Assembly: GCA_963743795.1 (NCBI GenBank)
Contig: CAVUQZ010000003.1
Coordinates: 80,065 to 144,064, forward strand
Length of the DNA stretch: 64,000 nucleotides
Direction of reading: 5' to 3'
Origin: an uncultured Chloroflexia bacterium
Lineage (GTDB): Bacteria; Chloroflexota; Limnocylindria; Limnocylindrales; CSP1-4
The notes beneath the pieces are model-generated. The model made no database searches. It saw only the letters and a list, made by a program, of their open reading frames with translations, and had not been told where the DNA came from. Numbering within the stretch: position 1 is the first letter of the stretch; each line of letters starts with the position of its first letter. The position numbers and the translations under genes are program-made. Shown here in pieces: positions 52,477-61,412 of this stretch.

Positions 52477-53748
52477 GTGACAATCCAGGAGGGCATCCGC
52501 TCCATCGCCGGGATCGTGCGCACGCCGGCCTTCTCGCGCTGGCTAAGGGTAGTCGGCCCGGCCTGGGTGGTGATGCTCGCCGATGTCGACGCCCCGAGTG
52601 TCGTCACCGCGGGTACCGGAGGAACGGAATCCGGATACGCCCTCCTGCTGCCCCTGTTCGCCCTTGTGCCCGTCCTGTTCCTGGTGCAGGAGATGACCGC
52701 GCGACTGGCTCTGGCTACGGGCAAGGGCCACGCGGAGCTGGTTCGGTCGCGCTATGGGGGGCGCTGGGCCGCGGTTTCGGTCGGCGGGATGACCGTCATC
52801 AATTTCGTTGCCTACGTCGCCGAGTTCGCCGGGATCGCCCTCGGCGCGTCCATATTCGGCATCTCCGGGCCGGTCGCGATCGTTGCGGCCCTGACAGTAC
52901 ATGCCGCCATCGTCTTGACCGGCGGATACACGGCCTTCGAGCGGCTTGCCCTGGTCCTGTCGCTGGCCCTGTTCAGCTTCGTCGTACTTGCGGTGATCGG
53001 CAATCCTGATCTGGGGCATCTCACCTCCGACTTGAATCCCATACCAGGCGATCTCCCGCACGACTACTTCGCGCTGGTCGTCGCGATGGTCGGGGCTTCG
53101 ATCATGCCCTGGATGCTCTTCTATCAGCAGTCCGCCAGCGTGGACAAGAAGCTGGTCCGCGCCGACCTGCGGGGATCCCGCCTCGAGACCCTGCTCGGGG
53201 CGTTTGCCAGCCAGGCTCTGATGGCGGCGATCGTCGTCGCCTCGGCCGCGGCGATGGAGTCGGCTCCGCCGCTGGCCCCGCTGCCGGCCAACGTGGCGGA
53301 GTTGCCCGAAGGGCTCGCCCGACTGGCATCTGGCCCCGCCGCCTTGCTCATCGCCGTCGGCCTGATCGGGTCGGCGTTGCTCGCGTTGATCGTCATCTCG
53401 CTCTCGGCGGCCTGGGGAATCGGCGAGCTCATGGGCTGGCCGCATAGCCTGGACCTGAAGCCGAACGAGGCTCGGCGCTTCTACGCCGTCTACTTCGCCG
53501 AGGTCATTCCGGCAGCCTTCGTGGCGCTGGTCTCGCCCGATCTGGTGCGGCTCTGCATCGGAGCCATGGTCTTCAATGTCATCGTGCTGGCTCTGCCGTT
53601 GACGTTCCTCGTGCGCCTCACGAGCGACCGCGAGCTGCTTGGGGACCTGGCCAACTCACGCCGCCATACGGTGGTTCTGTGGAGCCTGACTGTCGTCCTG
53701 CTGGCCGCCGGCGTCGTGGGCATGGTCCAGTTCCTGATGGGAGGCTGA
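52477..53748 (+). CDS. mntH: NRAMP-family divalent metal (Mn2+/Fe2+) transporter
   Basis: 'GPAWVVMLADVDAPSVVTAGTGG', 'ASIMPWMLFYQQS' and about 11 TM helices. The GTG start is uncertain. Confidence 0.85.
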   Translation: MTIQEGIRSIAGIVRTPAFSRWLRVVGPAWVVMLADVDAPSVVTAGTGGTESGYALLLPLFALVPVLFLVQEMTARLALATGKGHAELVRSRYGGRWAAVSVGGMTVINFVAYVAEFAGIALGASIFGISGPVAIVAALTVHAAIVLTGGYTAFERLALVLSLALFSFVVLAVIGNPDLGHLTSDLNPIPGDLPHDYFALVVAMVGASIMPWMLFYQQSASVDKKLVRADLRGSRLETLLGAFASQALMAAIVVASAAAMESAPPLAPLPANVAELPEGLARLASGPAALLIAVGLIGSALLALIVISLSAAWGIGELMGWPHSLDLKPNEARRFYAVYFAEVIPAAFVALVSPDLVRLCIGAMVFNVIVLALPLTFLVRLTSDRELLGDLANSRRHTVVLWSLTVVLLAAGVVGMVQFLMGG

Positions 53749-53992
53749 GCCCGCGCCCTCCGCCCGGGCCCGGTGAGTTGCGGCGCCGCAATTCCAACGT
53801 CGCCGGCCCCTCTCAAATCGGACCGCCTGATGGGCGGCGGAGCTTCCCGTCAGGTCGGGGATTGCGCGGGAGCCTGCCGGCGGAGACACTACCGTTCGCT
53901 GGACGACCGCTGGACCAGAGGCGGAACCGGCTCGTCGGCTCCAGGTTCGCCGTGGGTAGACTGCGGCGCGCCGCGGAAGGGCCGGAAACACC

Positions 53993-55354
53993 ATGGATCG
54001 CATTCGGGTCGTGATCATGGGAGCCGCTGGTCGCGACTTCCACGACTTCAACGTCGTCTACCGGAACGACCCCCAATACGAGGTCGTCGCCTTCACCGCC
54101 TCCACGCAGATCCCGGGCATCGCCGGACGGCGCTACCCGGCAGAGCTGGCCGGGCCGCTCTACGAGGACGGCATCCAGATCGTGCCCGAGTCGGAGCTCG
54201 AGCAGCTCCTCGCGGCGGAGAAGGTCGATCGCGTCGTCTTTGCCTACAGCGACGTGGCCCACGAGCACGTGATGCACTCCGCCAGCCGGGTGCTTGCCTG
54301 CGGGGCGGACTTCGAGCTTCTCGGACCAGCCCGGACGATGCTGCCGAGCATCAGGCCGGTGGTTGCGACCGGAGCCACCAGGACGGGCGCCGGGAAGAGC
54401 CAGACCACGCGGTACCTCGCGGCGCTGATGGAGAAGCAGGGTCTCAAGGTGGTGGTCGTACGACACCCGATGCCGTACGGTGACCTCGTTGCCCAGCGGG
54501 TCCAGCGCTACGCGACCTATGCGGACCTCGACCGGTACGAGACCACGATCGAGGAACGGGAAGAGTACGAGCCGCATCTCGACGCCGGCCGGGTCCTCTA
54601 CGCCGGGGTCGACTACGAGGCGATCCTTCGCCAGGCCGAAGCCGAGGCGGACGTCGTCCTGTGGGATGGCGGCAACAACGACTTCCCGTTCTACCGGCCC
54701 AACCTGTTCGTGGTCGTTGCGGACCCGTTGCGGGCCGGGCACGAGCTCCACTACCACCCCGGCGAGACGAACATCCGCATGGCCGACGTGGTGGTGATCA
54801 ACAAGGTGGACTCGGCTACGCCGGCGCAGGTGGCCGAGGTTCGCGAAGACGTATCCGCGATGAATCCGCGAGCCCGGGTCATCCCTGCCCGATCCGCTCT
54901 GACGCTGGTCGGTGGCGAGATCGCAGGGAAGCGCGTGGCCGTGGTGGAGGACGGGCCGACCCTGACCCACGGCGGCATGACCTACGGCGCGGGAGTGGTG
55001 GCGGCGCGGCGATATGGAGCGGCGGAGATCGTCGACCCGGTGCCATATGCCGTCGGACAGCTGGCCGAGACTCTGGCCCGCTATCCGGCCCTGGAGCACC
55101 TGGTGCCGGCAATGGGGTACGGCCAGGGGCAGATGCACGAGCTCGAGACGACGCTCAACGCCATGCCCGCCGACCTGGTCCTCTCGGCAACGCCGATCGA
55201 TCTGACCCGGGTCCTGCATCTCACCAAGCCGGTAGTCCGAGTACGCTACGAGCTAGAGGAGATTCCCCAGGCCGGCGCACCCAGCCTGACGGATCTTCTC
55301 GGCCCGATCGTCGAGCGGGCGCGCGCAGGCCTTACGCCCCGCTCGAACCGCTAG
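53993..55354 (+). CDS. COG2403 / cyclic 2,3-diphosphoglycerate synthetase-like P-loop protein ('predicted GTPase')
   Basis: 'IRVVIMGAAGRDFHDFNVVYRNDPQYEVVAFTASTQIPGI', 'VVFAYSDVAHEHVMH' and the P-loop 'ATRTGAGKSQTTRYL'. The family is recalled from memory. Confidence 0.65.
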   Translation: MDRIRVVIMGAAGRDFHDFNVVYRNDPQYEVVAFTASTQIPGIAGRRYPAELAGPLYEDGIQIVPESELEQLLAAEKVDRVVFAYSDVAHEHVMHSASRVLACGADFELLGPARTMLPSIRPVVATGATRTGAGKSQTTRYLAALMEKQGLKVVVVRHPMPYGDLVAQRVQRYATYADLDRYETTIEEREEYEPHLDAGRVLYAGVDYEAILRQAEAEADVVLWDGGNNDFPFYRPNLFVVVADPLRAGHELHYHPGETNIRMADVVVINKVDSATPAQVAEVREDVSAMNPRARVIPARSALTLVGGEIAGKRVAVVEDGPTLTHGGMTYGAGVVAARRYGAAEIVDPVPYAVGQLAETLARYPALEHLVPAMGYGQGQMHELETTLNAMPADLVLSATPIDLTRVLHLTKPVVRVRYELEEIPQAGAPSLTDLLGPIVERARAGLTPRSNR

Positions 55355-55368
55355 AGGAGGGTCCGGCG

Positions 55369-56310
55369 ATGGCAAAGCACATGCTGACTCTGGATTCCCT
55401 GGGCAGCGACGGGATCCGTCGCGTCCTCGAACTCGCGGTCCGTATCAAGAACCTCAAGGGCATGACGCCCGACTGGCTGCCGGGTGGCCGCGTCGGTCTC
55501 ATCTTCGACAAGCCCTCGACACGCACGCGCGTGAGCTTCGAGGCGGCGATCTGGGGCCTGGGGATGCTGCCGATCGCGCTCCGCTCGGACGAGCTTCAGC
55601 TCGGTCGTGGCGAGACCATCGCCGATACGGCTCGGGTGTTGTCGCGCTACCTCTCCGCGCTCGTGATTCGCACTTTCGACGACGCCAGGGTCGAGGAGCT
55701 GGCGCGACATGCCACGATCCCGATCATCAACGCCCTGACCGACGACCACCATCCTTGCCAGGCTCTGGCTGACGTCATGACTCTTCAGGAGGAGTTCGGT
55801 GCATTCGACGGGTTGCGGGTCGCGTTCGTCGGCGACGGCAACAACGTCTGCCACTCCCTGATACAGGCGGCAGGGCACCTGGGCTTCACCCTGGCGGTTT
55901 CGACGCCCGAGGGTTACGAGCCGAAGGCCGGGATCGTCGAGGCCGCCCGCGCGAACTGCCGGGTGAACGGTGGGGGCATCGAGTTGGGTCACGATCCGAG
56001 GGCTGCGGTCGCCCGCTCCGACGCCGTCTACACGGACGTCTGGGCCAGCATGGGCCAGGAGAAGGAGCGCGAGGATCGGGCCCGGGTGTTTGCCGGCTAC
56101 CGCGTGGACGGCGACCTGATGGCGCAGGCGTCTCCGCGCGCAATCTTTCTCCACTGCCTGCCGGCCCATCGCGGTGACGAGGTCACAGACGAGGTGATGG
56201 ACGGCCCGCGGTCGCGGGTCTGGGACGAGGCTGAGAACCGCTGGTACACGGAGCAGGCGCTCTTGTACCTGCTGATCAGGGGCGGAGAAGAGCCGGAGCG
56301 TCTCGGGTGA
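55369..56310 (+). CDS. argF: Ornithine carbamoyltransferase
   Basis: 'KPSTRTRVSFE', 'HPCQALAD', 'DVWASMG' and 'HCLPAHRGDEV', with GAGGAGG upstream. Confidence 0.9.
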   Translation: MAKHMLTLDSLGSDGIRRVLELAVRIKNLKGMTPDWLPGGRVGLIFDKPSTRTRVSFEAAIWGLGMLPIALRSDELQLGRGETIADTARVLSRYLSALVIRTFDDARVEELARHATIPIINALTDDHHPCQALADVMTLQEEFGAFDGLRVAFVGDGNNVCHSLIQAAGHLGFTLAVSTPEGYEPKAGIVEAARANCRVNGGGIELGHDPRAAVARSDAVYTDVWASMGQEKEREDRARVFAGYRVDGDLMAQASPRAIFLHCLPAHRGDEVTDEVMDGPRSRVWDEAENRWYTEQALLYLLIRGGEEPERLG

Positions 56311-57275
56311 CACGCCTGGCGATCGCACTCGGCGGCAACGCCCTGATAAGGCGCGGAGAGCCGGGCTCGACCGAGGGTCAGCGCCACAATCTGCTGGCCG
56401 CGGCGCGGGGCCTGGTCACCCTCGCCGAGGGCAGCCGGGCGGAGATCGTGATCACCCACGGCAACGGTCCTCAGGTCGGCTTCCTGGCCATCGGGGCGGA
56501 GATGGCCGCGTCGGTCGTGCCGGCGCCGCCGCTGGACGTGCTGGGAGCCGAGACGCAGGGACAGATCGGCTACCTGCTGGCCAACGCCCTGAACGACGCA
56601 TTCATCGAGCGCGGCAGGCACCGTGAGATCGCCGTGGTCGTGACCCGGACGGTGGTGCGGGCAGACGATCCGGCCTTCGCCAATCCCACCAAACCGGTTG
56701 GGCCCATCTACGACGAGGAGACGGCCCGCGAGCACGCCCGGACGCGAGGCTGGGACATCGCACCAGACGGTAAGAGCTGGCGGCGCGTAGTGCCCTCACC
56801 CTACCCGGTACGGATTCTCGAGGCCGCCGCGATCCGTTCGCTGGTGAACTCCGGAGCGCTTGTGGTTGCGTCAGGGGGTGGGGGAGTGCCCGTGGTGGAA
56901 CTGCCGGACGGCCGGCTGGAGGGCCGCGAGGCGGTCATCGACAAAGACCTGGCGGCCGTCGTGCTGGCGCGTGCGGTCGAGGCGGACGGCCTGGTCCTGC
57001 TGAGCGATGTGGATGCCGTCTACCGGCGCTGGGGAACGCCGCGACAGGAGCCGATCCTGCGCCTCTCCGTGGACGAGGCGTTCGAGGGGCTGACTGCCGG
57101 AGCCTGGCCCTCGGGGTCGATGGCGCCGAAGGTTCGAGCGTGCGCGGAGTTCGTCCAGGGCGGCGGCCGCTTTGCCGCCATAGGCGCACTCGAGAACGCG
57201 GTGGCGATCGTCAAGGGCAGCTCCGGGACCTGGTTCGGCACCGACCCTGTCGGATTGCCCCGACGCGCCGCGTGA
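56307..57275 (+). CDS. arcC: Carbamate kinase
   Basis: 'LAIALGGNAL', 'VITHGNGPQVG' and 'VVASGGGGVPV'. The GTG overlaps the OTCase stop (GTGA). Confidence 0.9.
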   Translation: MTRLAIALGGNALIRRGEPGSTEGQRHNLLAAARGLVTLAEGSRAEIVITHGNGPQVGFLAIGAEMAASVVPAPPLDVLGAETQGQIGYLLANALNDAFIERGRHREIAVVVTRTVVRADDPAFANPTKPVGPIYDEETAREHARTRGWDIAPDGKSWRRVVPSPYPVRILEAAAIRSLVNSGALVVASGGGGVPVVELPDGRLEGREAVIDKDLAAVVLARAVEADGLVLLSDVDAVYRRWGTPRQEPILRLSVDEAFEGLTAGAWPSGSMAPKVRACAEFVQGGGRFAAIGALENAVAIVKGSSGTWFGTDPVGLPRRAA

Positions 57276-57354
57276 CTCGGTCACGGCCTCATCAGGCGCC
57301 ACGGGGCGCTGCCGGGCGCGTCTCGGCCCGCGGGTGGCGATCGTTTCGCCCGAG

Positions 57355-57909
57355 CTAGCTCTGGTCGCCGGAGAACGTCCCAAATCCCAGCCGAGCGGAG
57401 ATCTTGTCGGCGAACTCTGCCCGGATCGCCGAAGCCTCCTCGCGTGTCACGTCCAGCTCACTTGCGATCTCGTCCAGCGTGGCGCTCTCCGTCCCGCTCA
57501 CGGCGTCGTCGGCGGCGCAGACGCGATAGCACGCCCGCAGCACGGTCAGGCGCTGTTCCGGGGTCGACAACTCGCGGAACTCACGCGTCACGAGGTAGTC
57601 GCTCGTCCCGCCCGAGGTCTTCTCCTGGAGCTTGGCCATCTCCACGACCAGCACTGACTGAGACTCGTCCAGACCGGAGTCAGCGAGCTCGTGCTCCATT
57701 GCGGCCGTTTCCGCGTCGCTGATCGCCAAGTCGGCGTAGGCGGCCCGGGCCAGGACGTATGCCATGCCGGCCAGCAGGCGGGCCTGCTCCGGGGGCAACG
57801 CCTCGAGCCTGGTCACGATTCGGCGGACGGCCTCGGTCTCAGCGGCCGAAGCGGGTTGCACGGGCATGCCCTGAGCTGTATGGCCGCCGAGGAAACGCAT
57901 GAAGGACAT
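57355..57909 (-). CDS. TerB-like (tellurite-resistance/DjlA N-domain fold) protein
   Basis: Two helical repeats of the type 'AYADLAISDAETAAM' and 'CAADDAVSGTESATLDEIASELDV'. Confidence 0.6.
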   Translation of the reverse strand: MSFMRFLGGHTAQGMPVQPASAAETEAVRRIVTRLEALPPEQARLLAGMAYVLARAAYADLAISDAETAAMEHELADSGLDESQSVLVVEMAKLQEKTSGGTSDYLVTREFRELSTPEQRLTVLRACYRVCAADDAVSGTESATLDEIASELDVTREEASAIRAEFADKISARLGFGTFSGDQS

Positions 57910-58418
57910 CGCCTCTCCCTGGATGCGCCCGGCAGCTCCGTCGTGCCGCCGGGCTGGTGTCAGACGTCCGTTGGGCGCGGACCCGCCACGAAGTTAGGAT
58001 GCCTGCCTGAAGAACGGTTGAAAAGGGCCTGGGTCGCCCGCCTGACGGTCCTCACCAAGGCGTAGTGCGGCCAAAGGCACGCGACCCATTCAACGGGCCA
58101 GCCCGAGTCGCCGGTGAAGGAACCGCTGTGAACGGGTTGGGTTTTCTTCAATCTTCGGGTTGGGCCCGAGGAAGCCCTTCCGAGCCAAGCGCCGCCGGCA
58201 ACGGCCGAAAGCTGCTCGGACGACCTGGCGAAGCCCGCAAGAGGAGCGTGGGACAGACTCGCGAGACTACCTGAACGGGTGGTTGTCAGCGCGCCGAGAC
58301 TGTGCCCCGTAGCCTCAGGCCCACCATCGTCATGTGATGGAGCGTCACTTCCCCCGTCCGTTGTGGATCGTCGACGGACCTCGACGCGTCAGGCTCTACC
58401 CGTCCGGAGGAGACCATC

Positions 58419-59537
58419 GTGCGGATATCGCACCGGCCCCGCCTCAGAGGATTCGCCTCCGCGCTGGCAATCGCGCTGTCACTGCTTGCGACCTCACTGG
58501 CGTGGCAGGTCCCGGCCGTTGCAGCCGGGTCTTCTCTCAACGCGCAGGCCACCGAGCTGGTTCGACTGATCAACGGCGACCGCGCGGCCGCGGGCAAGCC
58601 GGCTCTGGCGGTGGACCCCTTCCTCGCGAGCAAGGCCACCAACGGTGCCATTCCCTGTCCGGACGATCCCACCCGCTCTATAAACGGGCGCACCCTGGAC
58701 TTCGCAACCTGGGGCAACATGTCCCACCTCCTCAGGTTGTGCCTGTCGGCGACCTACGCCCTCTCGACGACCCCCTTCGTCTCGGTTCTCCAGACTGCCT
58801 GGGGTTACGGGAACGTAGGCGAGATCGACCTGGTCAACGGCGGCTTTGGAAATGGGCAGTTCCTGTATACGTTCGCGGGCGGCCAGACCTGGACGACCTG
58901 GACCTACGCCACGACCGGCCACGCGCTCATGGGATGGAGCTCCAGCCCCTCTCACTGGGCCATAGTCATGGGTTCGTACGACCGAGTCGGGTGCGGCGGC
59001 TGGTCGAGCGGCGCCACCTACTACTACGACTGCGTGTTCTCCCGGGGCGGGCCTTCGCCCGACGGACTGACCTCACCGCCGACTCGGTCGCCGTTCTCAG
59101 ATCCGGTCCCCACGCCTCCACCGCCTCCGCCGGCTACGCCTGCACCGCCGACTCGCGCTCCGGCGCCAGTGCCGAAGCCCGTCGCGACCTCGCAGGCACC
59201 ACAGCCTGCCGTGGGCGCCGAGGCAACAGCCGGCTCCAGCTCCGGTGCGGGGACCAGCGCCTCCCCCTTGGCCACTGATGCGACGGCATCGCCGGCGGCC
59301 TCGGGCCGAGGCACCAGCACCGGCGCAGTCGGCGGCTCCGGTCCGGGCGCGGGGGTGCTCGTGGGCCAGCTGCGCGGCGACTCCTTTGAGGCGCCCGATT
59401 CGGTCCCGGCCGTTCCGCCGCAGCTGACGGGTGGCATGGCAGTGGCGGCCGGCTCGGCCGCTGCATTGCTCAGCGCCGCCTACGCGCTGTTGGTGTTCGT
59501 GCGCAGGCGGCGCCGAAGGGTCGACCTCGTGGCTTAG
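58419..59537 (+). CDS. Secreted CAP/SCP (YkwD-like) domain protein with Pro-rich region and C-terminal TM anchor
   Basis: Signal peptide, 'LVRLINGDRAAAGKPAL', 'GWSSSPSHWAIVMGSYDRVGCG', a PPPPPPATPAPP linker, and the terminal 'AALLSAAYALLVFVRRRRRR'. Confidence 0.7.
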   Translation: MRISHRPRLRGFASALAIALSLLATSLAWQVPAVAAGSSLNAQATELVRLINGDRAAAGKPALAVDPFLASKATNGAIPCPDDPTRSINGRTLDFATWGNMSHLLRLCLSATYALSTTPFVSVLQTAWGYGNVGEIDLVNGGFGNGQFLYTFAGGQTWTTWTYATTGHALMGWSSSPSHWAIVMGSYDRVGCGGWSSGATYYYDCVFSRGGPSPDGLTSPPTRSPFSDPVPTPPPPPPATPAPPTRAPAPVPKPVATSQAPQPAVGAEATAGSSSGAGTSASPLATDATASPAASGRGTSTGAVGGSGPGAGVLVGQLRGDSFEAPDSVPAVPPQLTGGMAVAAGSAAALLSAAYALLVFVRRRRRRVDLVA

Positions 59538-59564
59538 GACCGTGCGTTTGGGCTTCGATAGGCT

Positions 59565-60206
59565 TCAGTCGCCCTTGCGCCACTGCAGCGACGTCAATAC
59601 CAGGATGGCCCCAAAGGCCATGATCACCACCGGCCACAAGAGCGAGAGGTCTACGTCGGGGACCACCTGATGCCAGGCCAGGGCCCCGCCAACGAGGATC
59701 AGCAGCAGTCCGAAGATGAGGCCGGGACCACGATCATTGCGGCGCTCGGCCCGCCGTTGCCAGCGATCTTGACGTCGCGCCGACCGCCAGTCGTTCGGCC
59801 ATTGGCCGCCCGGTGCGGTGGGTTGGGTCGGTGCGCCAGGGGAGGCGGGAGCCGCGCCCGGCGCCGGAGTCCCTTCGCCCGATGCCGCTCCGAAGGCCGG
59901 GCCCCCCGCTCCACCGGCCGGCGCCGTTCCCTCAGGCCCGGTCGAAGGCGCGTAGTTGGCGGCAAAGCCAACCGGGGCTCCGCCCGGAGCCCATGGAGAC
60001 TGGGGCGGCCACTGGGCCGGTTCGAGCGGGACCACGATGATCATGATCAGGTAGGCCCAGAAGGTCAGCGTGCCGGTGAAGAAGACGGAGAGAAACCAGA
60101 TGATCCGGACGATGACCGGGTCCACGTCGAAGTAGGCCGCGACTCCGCCGCAAACTCCGGCGAGGATGCGGTCATCGGTAGAACGGTAGAGACGTCGAGG
60201 GTTCAC
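59565..60206 (-). CDS. pspC: PspC-domain membrane protein
   Basis: 'LYRSTDDRILAGVCGGVAAYFDVDPVIVRIIWFL'. The GTG overlaps the upstream gene's stop. Confidence 0.85.
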   Translation of the reverse strand: MNPRRLYRSTDDRILAGVCGGVAAYFDVDPVIVRIIWFLSVFFTGTLTFWAYLIMIIVVPLEPAQWPPQSPWAPGGAPVGFAANYAPSTGPEGTAPAGGAGGPAFGAASGEGTPAPGAAPASPGAPTQPTAPGGQWPNDWRSARRQDRWQRRAERRNDRGPGLIFGLLLILVGGALAWHQVVPDVDLSLLWPVVIMAFGAILVLTSLQWRKGD

Positions 60207-61201
60207 TTGCAGCCTCCCGCAGGATGTACTTTCAGAGAGCCGAGGCTCGTGTTGACGGTCAGGTTCGCTTTGTGCGTCGCGGTCGCGTAGTTGCCCGTCT
60301 GCCAGGCGTCGCCCACGCGGGTCATGCCCAGAGCCGAGAAGTCGCTCGAGGACAGGCTATCGGTCGAAACGATTCGGAGGCCCAGATCTGACGGCACGCA
60401 GACGTCGAGCGACCCCAGGTTCGTCTTGAGATTGCCGGCCAGATCGGACGTACTGTCCAGCTCGACCCATGCGGCCCCCAGGTTCGTCGACACGGTCAGG
60501 CTGCCAACTGTGGCGCCCGTCAGATCCACGTGAAGAGAGCCCAGATTGAGGGTGAACGCGGCAGAGGATAAGTTCGTATCCGAGAGACGGAAGCGAGCAT
60601 CCCCGACATCGAGCGTGGAGGAGATGCTTGTCTGTCCGGAACGAGGAAGTGCGATCTGCCAGTCATCCTTGCCCCGGTCGGTCCACCAGCCATTGCCGGC
60701 GGTCGAGTCCACGGTCAGTGACGTCGAATTGGAAGTGACTCGGGCGGGGTGCCCGCCGTCGTTGGAGGCGGTCACGTGCCAGCTCGCGTCCGAGGATGCG
60801 GTGATGGTCGCCGACCCACACTGCAGATGCAGATTCACCGACGAGGGACCCTGGAAGGAGCCGTTCTCACTAACGGACGCGGGGTTGCCACCACCGCCAC
60901 CGCAGCCGACATTCGGGGCGACGGCAAAGACGCTGCCGAGGACCAGCCCCATGAAGGCCGCCACGACCAGGCCGCCGACGAAGGCTGCAGGTGTCCGAGA
61001 CAGCACCAAGCCAAGCCCGATTCCCACGAGGATGAGCGGCCACAGCCGCCAGGCATCGCCGAGGACGGAACTCGAGACAACCCCCTGGTGGTAGGCCAGC
61101 GGCACGGCCCCAAGGACGATGAAGAAGATTCCCCAGTTGAGTCGACCCCGGTCAACTCTCATTTCCACCACCTTCTCGAAGACGTCGCGCGGCGCCGGCA
61201 C
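60203..61201 (-). CDS. LiaF/DUF4097-like membrane protein (beta-rich extracytoplasmic domain)
   Basis: Three N-terminal TM helices, then repetitive 'L..G.L.V.L' strands ('NLGSLHVDLTG..SLTVSTNLGAAWVEL..LKTNLGSLDV'). It is co-oriented and overlapping with pspC. Confidence 0.55.
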   Translation of the reverse strand: MPAPRDVFEKVVEMRVDRGRLNWGIFFIVLGAVPLAYHQGVVSSSVLGDAWRLWPLILVGIGLGLVLSRTPAAFVGGLVVAAFMGLVLGSVFAVAPNVGCGGGGGNPASVSENGSFQGPSSVNLHLQCGSATITASSDASWHVTASNDGGHPARVTSNSTSLTVDSTAGNGWWTDRGKDDWQIALPRSGQTSISSTLDVGDARFRLSDTNLSSAAFTLNLGSLHVDLTGATVGSLTVSTNLGAAWVELDSTSDLAGNLKTNLGSLDVCVPSDLGLRIVSTDSLSSSDFSALGMTRVGDAWQTGNYATATHKANLTVNTSLGSLKVHPAGGCK

Positions 61202-61412
61202 AGGGCGTCGCGCGGAGGCTTGCGCCGGCTCCGGCGAGGCCGGCCGGCGGGCCGCCGCGGTCAGAATACGCGCTCGGATTCGGGCCCCGCGTCATTCGCG
61301 AGGCTGCCTTCGAGTCCTTCGCTAGATCGAATCGCTCTCGTCCCGGAGCCCTGCCGTGATAGCCTGAGGAGGACGGCGGGAACGGCGCCCGCGTCGTTTG
61401 GGAGGCGATCCT

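Noticed and set aside
58259-58320. On the minus strand, 'ACCCGUUCAGGUAGUCUCGCGAG' and 'CUACGGGGCAC' loosely resemble the 3' part of the ydaO c-di-AMP riboswitch ('ACCCGAAUCCGUCAGCUAACCUCGUAAGCG', 'ACGGGG').
   Set aside because: Too many mismatches. The 5' half motifs are not found. The downstream gene on that strand is a TerB-like protein, not a typical ydaO target. An Infernal scan would be needed to say more.
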